Of a stretch of 64,000 nucleotides of DNA, positions 9,153-18,906 are shown one piece after another (the stretch's first letter is position 1; the number at the start of each line of letters is the position of its first letter). The notes beneath the pieces are model-generated. The model had not been told where the DNA came from. It ran no database searches and saw only the letters and a list, made by a program, of their open reading frames with translations. A program made the position numbers and the translations under genes. Source of the stretch: Chlorobiota bacterium (GTDB lineage Bacteria > Bacteroidota > Bacteroidia > Bacteroidales > JAADJA01); assembly GCA_013151015.1 (NCBI GenBank), contig JAADJA010000091.1:21891-85890 (forward strand), written 5' to 3'.

Positions 9153-9238
9153 GCGGCAGGCCCGCCTGCATCGGGCAGGCCCGTTCTGTACCGGGCAGGC
9201 CCGTCTGTACCGGGCAGGCCCGTCTGTACCGGGCAGGC
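9153..9238. repeat. 19-20 bp GC-rich tandem repeat, ~4.5 copies
   Basis: GCGGCAGGCCCGCCTGCAT / CGGGCAGGCCCGTTCTGTAC / CGGGCAGGCCCGTCTGTAC x2 / CGGGCAGGC. Each unit holds a CGGG-N4-CCCG mini-hairpin. Confidence 0.85.
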
Positions 9239-9384
9239 AAGTTTTAGCGGTCTGATTTCATCAATGTATGCTGGTCTGTAAGAATTTGCTTTTGTAGATT
9301 CAAACAGCATGGGTATATTGTTGCCTGGGCGCTATGATTTCTATGGCGGCTGCCTTGTTGCTTTATTTCAGAAGGAAGAAATGG

Positions 9385-10386
9385 CTATGATAATTGCCAA
9401 TTCGCGGTAACCCAATCTTTCTGTTGTCCTTTGGAAAGAAAAGTCCAGGCAACAATACGGCTGATTTTATTTCCGGCTCCCATTGGAATTGTCCTTGTTT
9501 CGATAGCCCCCGCTTTTTTCAAAACCTTGTAAATGCCCTTTAAGTTCGATTGCTTTGAAATCAGGGTCGAGAACCAAAAACAGGATGTTGCGAATTCTTT
9601 ACTTTGATAGATCATGTTTCTTGCAAATCCTTTTTCTCCTCCTTCGCACCATAATTCATTGTTTTGGCCTCCAAAATTCAGGATTGCTTTTGTTGTTTTT
9701 CCCGGGTTCAAATTGTGTAATTTGCGAAGCGTTCCTGAGAGTGTTTCCTCCCGCGATGCATGGAATGGGGGATTGCAAATGGTCAAATCGAACAGCTCCC
9801 CTTTTTTGATAATACCTGCGAAAATATCTTTTGGGTTTTTTTGTAGGCGCAATTCAATATCGCCTGCATTGGCCCTGACTATGTTTTTTGCTGAATCAAC
9901 GGCAACAGGGTCGATATCGGAACCAATAAATTTCCAGCCATATTCCTTGTTTCCAATAATTGGATAAACACAATTGGCCCCAACCCCAATATCCAGGCAG
10001 GTGATTTTTCCCCCCATTGGGATATTCCCGCTGTTGCAGCTTCCCAATAAATCGGCTATATGGTGTATGTAATCGGCCCTTCCGGGAATTGGTGGGCATA
10101 AATAATTGGCCGGGATGTCCCAATTCGCAGTTCCGTAAAAGTGTTTCAACAAAGCCTTGTTTAACATCTTAACTGCTTCCGGTTTAGCGAAATCAATTGA
10201 TTCGTTCCCATATTTGTTCAATTTCACAAACTGATCCAGGTCCGGGCAACTTTTAACAAGCTGATCGAAATTATAGCGGCCGGCATGCTTGTTCCTCGGG
10301 TGCAAGCCGGGCCTTTCTTTCCCTGTTGCTATGTTTGGCCCGGAAGGCTTGTTTTGGTGTTTTTTGTTTTTATGGATCATCAACAA
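9385..10386 (-). CDS. rlmF: 23S rRNA (adenine1618-N6)-methyltransferase RlmF
   Basis: 333-aa ORF. GLHPRNKH..YNFD, WDIPANYLCPPIPGRADYIHHIADLL and ICNPPFH are motifs typical of RlmF/YbiN. Confidence 0.85.
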   Translation of the reverse strand: MLMIHKNKKHQNKPSGPNIATGKERPGLHPRNKHAGRYNFDQLVKSCPDLDQFVKLNKYGNESIDFAKPEAVKMLNKALLKHFYGTANWDIPANYLCPPIPGRADYIHHIADLLGSCNSGNIPMGGKITCLDIGVGANCVYPIIGNKEYGWKFIGSDIDPVAVDSAKNIVRANAGDIELRLQKNPKDIFAGIIKKGELFDLTICNPPFHASREETLSGTLRKLHNLNPGKTTKAILNFGGQNNELWCEGGEKGFARNMIYQSKEFATSCFWFSTLISKQSNLKGIYKVLKKAGAIETRTIPMGAGNKISRIVAWTFLSKGQQKDWVTANWQLS

Positions 10387-10512
10387 ATTTCGTAAAACTA
10401 TTTAACCGGCGATACTTACAAGCAGTAACTTGTCGTTTGAGCATCAACAATGCAAAATTAGCATTATTCTTCAATGCATTAAAATCCATACGCACCCATA
10501 CTAAATAATTCC

Positions 10513-10520
10513 TACTTTTG
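10513..10520 (+). promoter_or_regulatory. Candidate Bacteroidota -7 promoter box for purB
   Basis: TACTTTTG is an exact match to TAnnTTTG and ends 20 nt upstream of the purB ATG. Confidence 0.45.
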
Positions 10521-10540
10521 ACCCAATAAAAAATTGCATT

Positions 10541-11890
10541 ATGAACCTTACACAACTTAGTGCTGTTTCGCCGGTGGACGGTCGTTACAGAAAAGCAACA
10601 GAAAACCTTTCCTATTATTTTTCGGAAGCCGCACTTATAAATTACCGCGTATTTGTGGAGGTGGAATATTTTATCGCTTTGTGCGAATTGCCGCTTCCGC
10701 AACTGCTTGGTTTTAAACATGGCCGTTTTGAGGATTTGCGGGAAATATGCCGTAATTTTTCATTTGAGGAAGCCCAAAGGGTAAAGGACATCGAGAAGGT
10801 GACCAACCATGACGTGAAAGCTGTGGAATATTACCTGAAAGAGGAATTCGACAGATTGGGCCTTGGGGAATTCAAAGAGTTTATCCATTTCGGATTGACC
10901 TCACAGGATATTACGAATACAGCTGTGCCCTATGCTTTAAAACTTGCCTGTAACGATGTTTTGTTCCCTGAAATAGAATTGATAATCGAAAAACTTACGG
11001 CACTTTCCAAAGACTGGAACAACATCGCTATGCTGGCACGCACACATGGGCAGCCCGCATCCCCGACTATCCTTGGAAAAGAAATCGCCGTTTTTGCCGA
11101 AAGGCTCATACTGCAATTTAAGTTGATGAAAGATTTGCCATTTACGGCAAAACTGGGTGGGGCCACGGGGAATTTCAATGCACATCAGGTTGCTTATCCC
11201 GAAATTGATTGGGCAGGTTTTGCGAACAGGTTCCACGAAAGCATGGGCTTGCGTAGGCAACAAACAACAACCCAAATAGAGCATTACGATTTCCTGGCTG
11301 CATTTTTCGACAACATGAAACGGATCAACACCATTTTGATTGATTTGAACCGGGATATCTGGGCCTATATTTCGATGGATTATTTTAAGCAAACAATTAA
11401 GAAAGGTGAAGTGGGTTCTTCCACAATGCCACACAAAGTGAACCCCATCGACTTTGAAAATTCCGAAGGGAACCTGGGTTACGCCAATGCGGTTTTTACA
11501 CATCTGTCAGGGAAGTTGCCGGTTTCAAGGTTGCAGCGCGACCTTACCGATTCCACTGTGGCAAGGAATATTGGAGTTCCTATTGCCCATACGATCATAG
11601 CTTTCAAATCTTTGCTCAAAGGTCTTGGGAAACTGATCCTGAACGAGGAAAAAATCAAAAAGGATTTGGATGCCAATTGGGCTGTTGTAGGTGAGGCCAT
11701 ACAGACTATCCTCCGCCGTGAAGGCTTTCCGAAGCCCTATGAGAAACTAAAAGACTTGACGCGCTTAAATACCACGGTTACCGCTGATTCAATAAAGGCA
11801 TTTGTGGGATCCCTTGAAATATCGGATTCCGTTAAGGAAGAACTTTTGAAGATTACACCTTCAAATTATACAGGGATAAAGATGGTATAA
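10541..11890 (+). CDS. purB: Adenylosuccinate lyase
   Basis: 449-aa ORF. It begins LSAVSPVDGRY and carries the fumarate-lyase signature GSSTMPHKVNP. Confidence 0.95.
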   Translation: MNLTQLSAVSPVDGRYRKATENLSYYFSEAALINYRVFVEVEYFIALCELPLPQLLGFKHGRFEDLREICRNFSFEEAQRVKDIEKVTNHDVKAVEYYLKEEFDRLGLGEFKEFIHFGLTSQDITNTAVPYALKLACNDVLFPEIELIIEKLTALSKDWNNIAMLARTHGQPASPTILGKEIAVFAERLILQFKLMKDLPFTAKLGGATGNFNAHQVAYPEIDWAGFANRFHESMGLRRQQTTTQIEHYDFLAAFFDNMKRINTILIDLNRDIWAYISMDYFKQTIKKGEVGSSTMPHKVNPIDFENSEGNLGYANAVFTHLSGKLPVSRLQRDLTDSTVARNIGVPIAHTIIAFKSLLKGLGKLILNEEKIKKDLDANWAVVGEAIQTILRREGFPKPYEKLKDLTRLNTTVTADSIKAFVGSLEISDSVKEELLKITPSNYTGIKMV

Positions 11891-11895
11891 AACTC

Positions 11896-12066
11896 ATGAA
11901 ATTGACCAAAGCACACGATCGCTTTTTGATTATAGATAAAGCAAGCGTTTATCACTTTGGGGCAAGCTTAAAGGATTTGGGAAAAAAGTGGTTTGCATTT
12001 TCAAAAATGGATATGGAAGCTATGGAAATGATTGCAAAGCTGGAATTTACGAATAGAATGCCATAA
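11896..12066 (+). pseudogene. 56-codon ORF that looks like the C-terminal remnant of a larger DNA-binding/phage-related protein
   Basis: ATG at 11896, 5 nt after the purB stop. Translation: MKLTKAHDRFLIIDKASVYHFGASLKDLGKKWFAFSKMDMEAMEMIAKLEFTNRMP*. I recall the HDRFLIID..VYH.GASLKDLGKKWFAFSK string as the conserved tail of longer Bacteroidota proteins (from memory, unverified). It is below the ORF-track size cutoff. Confidence 0.35.
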
Positions 12067-12120
12067 ATAACCTGACTGAATAAATCAGAAAAGACAAAAT
12101 CAAATTACAAAACAGTCCCT

Positions 12121-13947
12121 ATGTTCAAAAAATACTTAAGGATATTGGCTTACGTAAAACCCTATGCGGGATACGCCATTCTGAACGTCATATTTAATTT
12201 TTTTGTAATCGTGTTTTCACTGGTTTCATTTGTGATGCTGATCCCGTTCCTTAACCTCTTGTTTGGCAAGGAAGCCCTGGTAACCGAAAACCCCGGATTC
12301 TCCTTTAGCCCCGATTCTGCTATGGAATACCTGAACTATTTCATCAGCCAGATAATTATTTCGCATGGGAAAGTGCAGGCACTTATTTTCATTTGCCTGT
12401 TTTTGCTTGGTACGTTCTTTTTCAGGAACCTGTTCCGTTTCCTTGCCATGTTCTACCTTGCAAATGTCCGTATAGGTGCTGTTAAGGGAATCCGCAATGA
12501 TGTTTATAATAAACTGCTCATCCTTCCCCTCTCATTTTATTCCGATCACAAAAAAGGTGATATCATCGCACGCATTACAACGGACGTACAGGAGGTGGAA
12601 TATTCCATCATGAACTACCTTGAAATGATCGTGAGGGATCCAATCACCATTGTGGCCTATTTTATCACCCTTTTTTTAATGAGCACACAACTTACCTTGT
12701 TCGTAATAGTATTGCTGCCCATCACAGGTTATCTGATTGGCCGGATCGGGCGTTCCTTACGAAAAGAATCAAAAATAGGCCAGGAGAAATTTGCTGGTTT
12801 GATGGCCATTATCGAGGAATCCATTTCAGGTTTGCGCATTATCAAGGCGTTTACGGCCATTGACTTTTCAAATGAAAAGTTCACAGGCTTGAACGGCAGC
12901 TATTCCAAAACCTTGTTGAAGATTTATCGCACAAGGGATTTGTCATCTCCGCTAAGCGAGTTCCTTTCGTCGGCTGTAATAGTTGTGGTACTTTGGTTTG
13001 GTGGGAGGTTGGTATTGTCGGATGATGCATCCATAACGGCTGCGGTCTTTATTACCTATATTGTGATTTTTTCACAGATTATCCCTCCGGCAAAAACATT
13101 TGCAACAGGTTTTTACAGTATCCAAAAGGGCCTGGCTTCAGCCGAAAGGGTGTTTGAGATTTTGGATGCTTCGGAAGTCATTGAGGAAAAACCGGATGCA
13201 AAACCCATCCAGTCTTTCAAAAAGGAAATTGAATACCGCAATGTTTTTTTCAAGTACCAAAATGAATATGTTTTACAGAACATAAATTGTACAATCCCCA
13301 AAGGGAAAATAATTGCGATTGTTGGCCCTTCCGGTGGAGGGAAGTCAACCTTTGTGGATATGTTGCCCCGTTTTTACGATACGATCAAAGGGGAAATATT
13401 TATTGATGGTGTTTCGTTGAAAGATTATAAGATCAACGATATCCGTGGCTTGATGGGGATTGTGACACAGGAGGCTATTTTGTTCAATGATACGGTGTTC
13501 AACAATATCGCATTTGGAAAAGAAAACGTGAGCGAAGAAGATGTGATTAATGCCTCCAAGGTTGCCAATGCCCATGAATTTATCGAAAAAATGGAAAACG
13601 CTTACCAATCCAATATCGGCGACCGTGGCACGAAGCTTTCAGGAGGGCAAAGGCAACGCCTAAGTATTGCCCGGGCTGTTTTGCGCAACCCGCCCATCTT
13701 GATAATGGACGAAGCAACTTCTGCTTTGGACACAGAGTCGGAACGCCTTGTACAGGATGCACTTGCAAATGTAATGTCGAACAGGACTTCCATCGTGATT
13801 GCCCACCGGCTTTCCACCATCATCCATGCCGATGAAATCATCGTTTTGCAAAAAGGTGAAATCGTTGAACGGGGAACCCATCACGAACTTTTGGAGAAAA
13901 AAGGGGTTTACCGGAAATTACATGATTTGCAAACTTTTGATTCATAA
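12121..13947 (+). CDS. ABC transporter permease/ATP-binding fusion (MsbA-like exporter)
   Basis: 608 aa. Six-TM N-terminal half, Walker A GPSGGGKST, signature LSGGQRQR, Walker B ILIMDEATSALD. Confidence 0.9.
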   Translation: MFKKYLRILAYVKPYAGYAILNVIFNFFVIVFSLVSFVMLIPFLNLLFGKEALVTENPGFSFSPDSAMEYLNYFISQIIISHGKVQALIFICLFLLGTFFFRNLFRFLAMFYLANVRIGAVKGIRNDVYNKLLILPLSFYSDHKKGDIIARITTDVQEVEYSIMNYLEMIVRDPITIVAYFITLFLMSTQLTLFVIVLLPITGYLIGRIGRSLRKESKIGQEKFAGLMAIIEESISGLRIIKAFTAIDFSNEKFTGLNGSYSKTLLKIYRTRDLSSPLSEFLSSAVIVVVLWFGGRLVLSDDASITAAVFITYIVIFSQIIPPAKTFATGFYSIQKGLASAERVFEILDASEVIEEKPDAKPIQSFKKEIEYRNVFFKYQNEYVLQNINCTIPKGKIIAIVGPSGGGKSTFVDMLPRFYDTIKGEIFIDGVSLKDYKINDIRGLMGIVTQEAILFNDTVFNNIAFGKENVSEEDVINASKVANAHEFIEKMENAYQSNIGDRGTKLSGGQRQRLSIARAVLRNPPILIMDEATSALDTESERLVQDALANVMSNRTSIVIAHRLSTIIHADEIIVLQKGEIVERGTHHELLEKKGVYRKLHDLQTFDS

Positions 13948-14207
13948 AGGCCAGCCAATTATTTAATGGTCGCCAATTGTGAAATACCAAAGGCTTAAAG
14001 ACATGGGTATTGGATTCGTGACCGTTTGTGATAAAAAAGGGCGAGAGCCACAAGTTGAAATACTTTGTGGTCAATCAAAATGCCTTCAGGTCAGAAAAAC
14101 ACAAAAACAAAGGCGTTCAGGATATTTATCGCAGCACTTGAAACTTTAACTCATTTTAAGTTTTTAGAGTTAATTATTCTTTTATTTTTGCCCATAAATT
14201 TTAACCA

Positions 14208-14663
14208 ATGGATTTAAGTAAAATATTATCTATTTCAGGAAAGCCGGGTTTATACGAAACCTTGGCACAAACAAAAAACGGCCTTGTGGTTGCCTCGTTG
14301 ACAGATGGTAAAAAATTTACCGCTTTTTCCCATGAAAAGATCAGTTCGATGGAGGAAATCAGCATTTACACTACCGATGAGGACAGGCCTTTAAAAGAAG
14401 TTTTAAAAGCCATTTTTGAAAAGCAAAATGGCGAAAAAGCACTTTCACATAAATCTTCTGCCGCTGAGCTAAAGGCTTTTTTCAAGGAAACGGTACCCGA
14501 TTACGATGAAGACAATGTGTATGTCTCCGACATTAAAAAGGTCGTCAATTGGTACAATACGCTTGTAGAGCATGAGGTTCTGAATTTTGATGAGGATGAA
14601 AATGCCAAAGAAGATTCTGTTGAAGAAGACAATGTGGATTCTACGGAAGAATCAAAAGAATAG
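14208..14663 (+). CDS. DUF5606-like conserved hypothetical protein with acidic tail
   Basis: 151 aa. The N-terminus MDLSKILSISGKPGLYETLAQTKNGLVVASL resembles the DUF5606 family as I remember it. The C-terminal third is acidic. Confidence 0.6.
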   Translation: MDLSKILSISGKPGLYETLAQTKNGLVVASLTDGKKFTAFSHEKISSMEEISIYTTDEDRPLKEVLKAIFEKQNGEKALSHKSSAAELKAFFKETVPDYDEDNVYVSDIKKVVNWYNTLVEHEVLNFDEDENAKEDSVEEDNVDSTEESKE

Positions 14664-14704
14664 ACCCTTGTGATTTTTGTCCTTACATAAAATCAATTCC
14701 CATA

Positions 14705-15487
14705 TTGCCCATGACAAAAATTATCGCTGACCACGAAATAGTTGACATCCGTATTCCGGCCAATGGGCATCTTTTCATTGTTTTAAAATCCCCGGTCGAT
14801 ATGCCTACGGTCTTTCCGGGTAATTTTGCCGAGTTGCATATCGCCAAATCCCCCGAGGCTTTCCTTCGTCGGCCTTTTGGCATTCTGGACGTGGATTACG
14901 ATAAGCGGCTTATCTCGTTTTATGTAAAGATTGTTGGAAAAGGGACGCGCGAACTCGCAAATTACAAGCAAGGTGAACAATTAAATGTGATTTATCCGCT
15001 GGGAAATTCATTCACGGTTTCGGAAAGAAACAAAGAAGTCTTGATTGTTGGAGGTGGTTCGGGGATAGCGACCTTTATCCTGTTGGGAAAATCGCTGAAG
15101 CAAAATAACGTAAAGGCAACCTATCTGATCGGTGGAAGGGCAAAAGAAGATATTTTGTTGACCAATGAATTGAAAAAGTTCGGACAGGTCCTGATAACCA
15201 CGGAAGATGGCAGTCTTGGGGAAAAAGGATTTGTGACCGATCATTCCATCTTCAAGTCAGGTAGTTTTTGTTTTGACAAAATATATACATGTGGCCCGGA
15301 ACCCATGATGAAAGCCGTTGGGGAAATAGCGCACAAACATCAAATTGATTGCGAGGTCTCATTGGAGAACATGATGGCCTGTGGTTTTGGGGTTTGCCTG
15401 TGCTGTGTTACCGAGACCAAGGAAGGCAACCAACGTGTTTGCATGGAAGGGCCGGTGTTCAATACAGGTACACTGCAGTGGTTTTAG
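14705..15487 (+). CDS. pyrK: Dihydroorotate dehydrogenase B electron-transfer subunit
   Basis: 260 aa. FAD/NAD-binding fold (RRPFGI, LIVGGGSGIA) and a C-terminal 2Fe-2S motif CGFGVCLCC...C. It is adjacent to pyrD. ATG 14711 is an alternative start. Confidence 0.85.
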   Translation: MPMTKIIADHEIVDIRIPANGHLFIVLKSPVDMPTVFPGNFAELHIAKSPEAFLRRPFGILDVDYDKRLISFYVKIVGKGTRELANYKQGEQLNVIYPLGNSFTVSERNKEVLIVGGGSGIATFILLGKSLKQNNVKATYLIGGRAKEDILLTNELKKFGQVLITTEDGSLGEKGFVTDHSIFKSGSFCFDKIYTCGPEPMMKAVGEIAHKHQIDCEVSLENMMACGFGVCLCCVTETKEGNQRVCMEGPVFNTGTLQWF

Positions 15488-15744
15488 CAGGAAAAGGCAA
15501 TGTCGAATAATCAATTAGCTCAATAATTGCAGGAATGATTCAATGCTACTTCGCAAAAACAACGGAGAATATAATGCAAAAACAGGACAAATAAGGGTTA
15601 ATAGTCCCGAAGGTACGTGATTGAAACTTTAGGCAGTACAAGTAATTCAAGCATTCAATCAATATCGCATTTTGCATGGGTTTTCAGAATCAGTGAAATT
15701 AATCTATACCCATATGCTTGTAGAACCATGATAAATAATTTGAA

Positions 15745-16656
15745 ATGGCAGATCTAAGGATAGATATTCATCAATTGCATTTTAAAAACCCGGTTACTAC
15801 CGCTTCGGGCACTTTTGGGTTTGGGGAGGAGTATGATGACTTTTTGGACCTTGACCTGCTTGGTGGCTTTTTTACAAAAGGCCTCACTTTGAAAAACCGG
15901 GAAGGGAACGATTATCCCCGTATGGACGAAACAGCTTCGGGAATGCTGAATGCCGTTGGCTTGCAGAACAAAGGTATTGATTATTTCATCAATGAAACCT
16001 ATCCCCGGATCAAGGATTATGATACGCACATTATTGCCAATATCAATGGTTCCACGATTGAAGAGTACGTTGAGGTTGCGGAGAAGTTGAACGAGCTTGA
16101 AAAGGTTCCTGCCATCGAACTGAACATTTCCTGCCCGAACGTGAAGGAAGGGGGGATGTTGTTCGGTACAAGTTGTCCCTCAGCAGTGGCAGTAACTCAA
16201 GCTATCCGGGACGTTTATAAGAAAACCCTCATTGTAAAGCTTTCCCCCAATGTGACCGATATTGCCGAAATTGCCAAAGCTGTGGAAGGTGCCGGAGCAG
16301 ATGCGGTTTCATTGATCAACACTTTATTGGGAATGGCAGTGAATGCGGAAACCAGGAAACCTGTTCTTTCGACAATTACCGGAGGACTATCTGGCCCGGC
16401 CATCAAGCCTGTTGCTTTGCGGATGGTTTGGCAGGTTTTCAATGCGATTAATGTCCCTGTTTTCGGAATTGGTGGGATAATGAACGCCACCGATGCCATT
16501 GAGTTCATGCTGGCAGGGGCTTCTGCCATACAGGTGGGCACGGCCAGTTTCATCGACCCACAGATAAGCATAAAGATTATTGACGGAATAAACCAATACC
16601 TTGATAAAAACGGGATAAAATCCGTGAATGAAATTATTGGGGCATTGGAAATCTAA
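15745..16656 (+). CDS. pyrD: Dihydroorotate dehydrogenase, class 1B catalytic subunit
   Basis: 303 aa. [21 protein letters not shown] (active-site Cys) and [14 protein letters not shown]. Confidence 0.9.
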   Translation: MADLRIDIHQLHFKNPVTTASGTFGFGEEYDDFLDLDLLGGFFTKGLTLKNREGNDYPRMDETASGMLNAVGLQNKGIDYFINETYPRIKDYDTHIIANINGSTIEEYVEVAEKLNELEKVPAIELNISCPNVKEGGMLFGTSCPSAVAVTQAIRDVYKKTLIVKLSPNVTDIAEIAKAVEGAGADAVSLINTLLGMAVNAETRKPVLSTITGGLSGPAIKPVALRMVWQVFNAINVPVFGIGGIMNATDAIEFMLAGASAIQVGTASFIDPQISIKIIDGINQYLDKNGIKSVNEIIGALEI

Positions 16657-16768
16657 ACAGAATACCGGGGAAAAGTTGCAGGTTTCTCGTTGCACAAACC
16701 TAAGCCGTAACAAATTTCGTTGATTGGTTTTCCAAGTACCTTCCAACCCGTTGAATATTTTTAAACAC

Positions 16769-17020
16769 TTAGTCCCCTGCGGTTTTCTTCTTCAGCTTTT
16801 CAATTTCGGTTTTCATTTTCCCCAATTCATTTTCCAAATCTTTAATCGTAGCAGATTGTGATCTGATTTCTTTCTTATGCGCATTGATTTCCTTTTTATA
16901 CAGGATAATCTCATTTTGCAAATCAGAGATCGTTCTATCCTTCTGCTGGATATCCGTCAGGTATGCAGTGATTTTTTCTTCAAGAAGTTCTATATTGTTT
17001 TCAAACGTCATGGTCTTCAA
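16769..17020 (-). CDS. Small coiled-coil protein
   Basis: 83 aa, heptad-rich and Lys/Glu-rich. Lies downstream of the LysM gene on the same strand. Confidence 0.5.
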   Translation of the reverse strand: MKTMTFENNIELLEEKITAYLTDIQQKDRTISDLQNEIILYKKEINAHKKEIRSQSATIKDLENELGKMKTEIEKLKKKTAGD

Positions 17021-17050
17021 GTTTAAAGGTTAATAATCGGTATTCCTGAA

Positions 17051-17566
17051 TTAATAATAAATAATCAACTTCTGGCCGGTTTGCACCCGGTTTGGGTCGC
17101 TAATGTTATTGTCTTCGGCAATAATCCCATATTTAAAGCCATTGCCATACACTTTACGGGCGATCGTAAACAGGCTTTCCCCTTCTTTCACCGTCCACTG
17201 TTGTTTTTTCTTTGCCTTAGCCTGCTCCTTTTTGTTCAGCACTGCATTCAAATCCTTGATTTTTGATTGAAGCTGGGTGTTTAGTTTTTTTTCCTGGTTT
17301 ACCTGTTGCGTTAATGCAGTAATCTCAGCATCATTTCCTGACAGTTCTTCTTTTGTTTCTGATTTCCAATGCAGGATACAATTCAAAATCCATGTGACCA
17401 GGATTATCAGGAAAAGTGCAGAGGCAAGATAACCAAAGATAAGCCGGCCTTTTCCTGACTTTTTGATCATTTTTGTTAATTGCAGGGCTTCCAGATCGGC
17501 GCCACAGCTTGGACAGGATTTTGCATCTTCGGGTAAACCTGATGCGTTGCATACGGGACATTCCAT
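17051..17566 (-). CDS. Zinc-ribbon / TM / coiled-coil / LysM domain protein
   Basis: 171 aa. MECPVCNASG...CPSCGADL is a Cys4 ribbon, followed by one TM helix and a C-terminal LysM domain (WTVKEGESLFTIARKVYG...VQTGQKLIIYY). Confidence 0.75.
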   Translation of the reverse strand: MECPVCNASGLPEDAKSCPSCGADLEALQLTKMIKKSGKGRLIFGYLASALFLIILVTWILNCILHWKSETKEELSGNDAEITALTQQVNQEKKLNTQLQSKIKDLNAVLNKKEQAKAKKKQQWTVKEGESLFTIARKVYGNGFKYGIIAEDNNISDPNRVQTGQKLIIYY

Positions 17567-17738
17567 TTTCTTGATTTTTTAGGGATTGATATTTTGAGGC
17601 ACAATATAAGAAATCTGGAAGGCGAAATCAAGTATTTTGTTTTGCGGTTAAAAACGGAAACAAGATAATCAATGCTATAAACCCAAGTGGACATTGAATA
17701 TTTCCTATCTTTGGGCACTTTAAAAATTTGATTTTATT

Positions 17739-18347
17739 ATGCTGTTAAAGATTTATCCTGACAATCCAAGCGAGAAACAAATACGGACTGTTGCCGAATG
17801 CCTGAATGATGGTGGGGTGATAATTTTCCCGACCGATACAATTTATGCGATGGGTTGCGACATCTATAAACCCAGGGCCATCGACCGGGTAGCGCAGATA
17901 AAAGGAATTAAGAAACAAAAAGCAAATTTCTCGTTCATCTGTCATGACCTAAGTCAATTGTCGGATTTCACGAAACCCATTAGCAACGAAGTGTTCAAGC
18001 TGATGAAGAGTTCTCTTCCTGGCCCTTTCACGTTTATCCTGAACGCAAATACAAATGTGCCAAAGATTTTCCAAAGCAAGAAAAAAACCGTTGGTATCCG
18101 TGTTCCCGACAATAATGTCACCCTGCATATCATTCGGGAATTGGGGAATCCGGTCATGTCAACATCCATTCACGATGAGGACGAAATTATTGAATACACC
18201 ACTGACCCTGAATTGATTTACGAAAAATATGGAAATTTGGTCGATATTGTAATCGATTCCGGTTATGGTGATAATACACCATCCACCATAGTTGATTGTA
18301 CGGGAAGTGACATCGTCGTTGTTAGGGAAGGAAAGGGGGTTATTTAA
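17739..18347 (+). CDS. tsaC: L-threonylcarbamoyladenylate synthase (YrdC/TsaC family)
   Basis: 202 aa. GGVIIFPTDTIYAMGCD, IKGIKKQKANFSFIC and VGIRVPDN give the YrdC-domain pattern. Confidence 0.85.
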   Translation: MLLKIYPDNPSEKQIRTVAECLNDGGVIIFPTDTIYAMGCDIYKPRAIDRVAQIKGIKKQKANFSFICHDLSQLSDFTKPISNEVFKLMKSSLPGPFTFILNANTNVPKIFQSKKKTVGIRVPDNNVTLHIIRELGNPVMSTSIHDEDEIIEYTTDPELIYEKYGNLVDIVIDSGYGDNTPSTIVDCTGSDIVVVREGKGVI

Positions 18348-18367
18348 TTGTCTGTTGCATTTAGGTT

Positions 18368-18712
18368 ATGGGGAAAATGGAAATGGTTCGTGGTAATATT
18401 TTTAAATTCACCGAAAAACGAATTGAAAGAGGTGAAACCTTCGAGACACTTTTAAAATCAAAAAGCCTATTATTTGAGAAGATAATGACACATGGTGAAT
18501 TAAAGTCCCCGGGGAAGTGGTATGATCAGGAAAAAGATGAATGGGTGATGCTTGTCCAGGGAAAGGCTATATTGGAGTTTGGGGATAAGAAACATATTGA
18601 AATGTTAAAAGGTGATTATTTGATTATCCCAGCCCATAAAAAACACCGTGTATTGGAAACCAGCGAAAACACTGATTGTATTTGGCTTGCCTTGCATGGA
18701 GACTTCAAATAA
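18368..18712 (+). CDS. Cupin-domain protein
   Basis: 114 aa. The GKAILEFGD...LKGDYLIIPAHKKHRV beta-barrel motif is typical of small cupins. Confidence 0.65.
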   Translation: MGKMEMVRGNIFKFTEKRIERGETFETLLKSKSLLFEKIMTHGELKSPGKWYDQEKDEWVMLVQGKAILEFGDKKHIEMLKGDYLIIPAHKKHRVLETSENTDCIWLALHGDFK

Positions 18713-18789
18713 AATACTAAGGGGATATTTGGTTTATGTCCCGGAATTTCAGTAAAAACCACACGGAAAAATAAATTGAAAAAAAGTTC

Positions 18790-18819
18790 TTGATTTAAAT
18801 AAAAAAAGATTTACTTTTG
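18790..18819 (+). promoter_or_regulatory. Promoter of tRNA-Lys (TTG-N19-TACTTTTG)
   Basis: TTG at 18790-18792, a 19-nt spacer, then TACTTTTG at 18812-18819, an exact TAnnTTTG match. The tRNA starts at 18834. Confidence 0.65.
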
Positions 18820-18833
18820 CACCTCGAAAAAAT

Positions 18834-18906
18834 GATTTCGTAGCTCAGTTGGTAGAGCAACGGCCTTTTAAGCCGTGGGTCCTGGGTTCGAGCCCCAGCG
18901 GAATCA
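18834..18906 (+). tRNA. tRNA-Lys (anticodon UUU)
   Basis: 73 nt. Acceptor GATTTCG/CGGAATC, D-arm TAGCTCAGTTGGTAGAGC, anticodon arm ACGGC-CTTTTAA-GCCGT, T-arm CTGGG-TTCGAGC-CCCAG, discriminator A. CCA is not encoded. Confidence 0.95.

Noticed and set aside
9153-9238. CRISPR-like appearance of the 19-bp repeats (and of the 18.9-19.45 kb array).
   Set aside because: The repeats are directly abutting, or separated by conserved rather than unique sequence. There are no spacers and no cas genes.
13838-14074. 78-aa minus-strand ORF downstream of the ABC exporter.
   Set aside because: It overlaps the 3' end of the exporter gene antisense and has no start context or motifs. The intergenic region otherwise looks like a plain AT-rich spacer.
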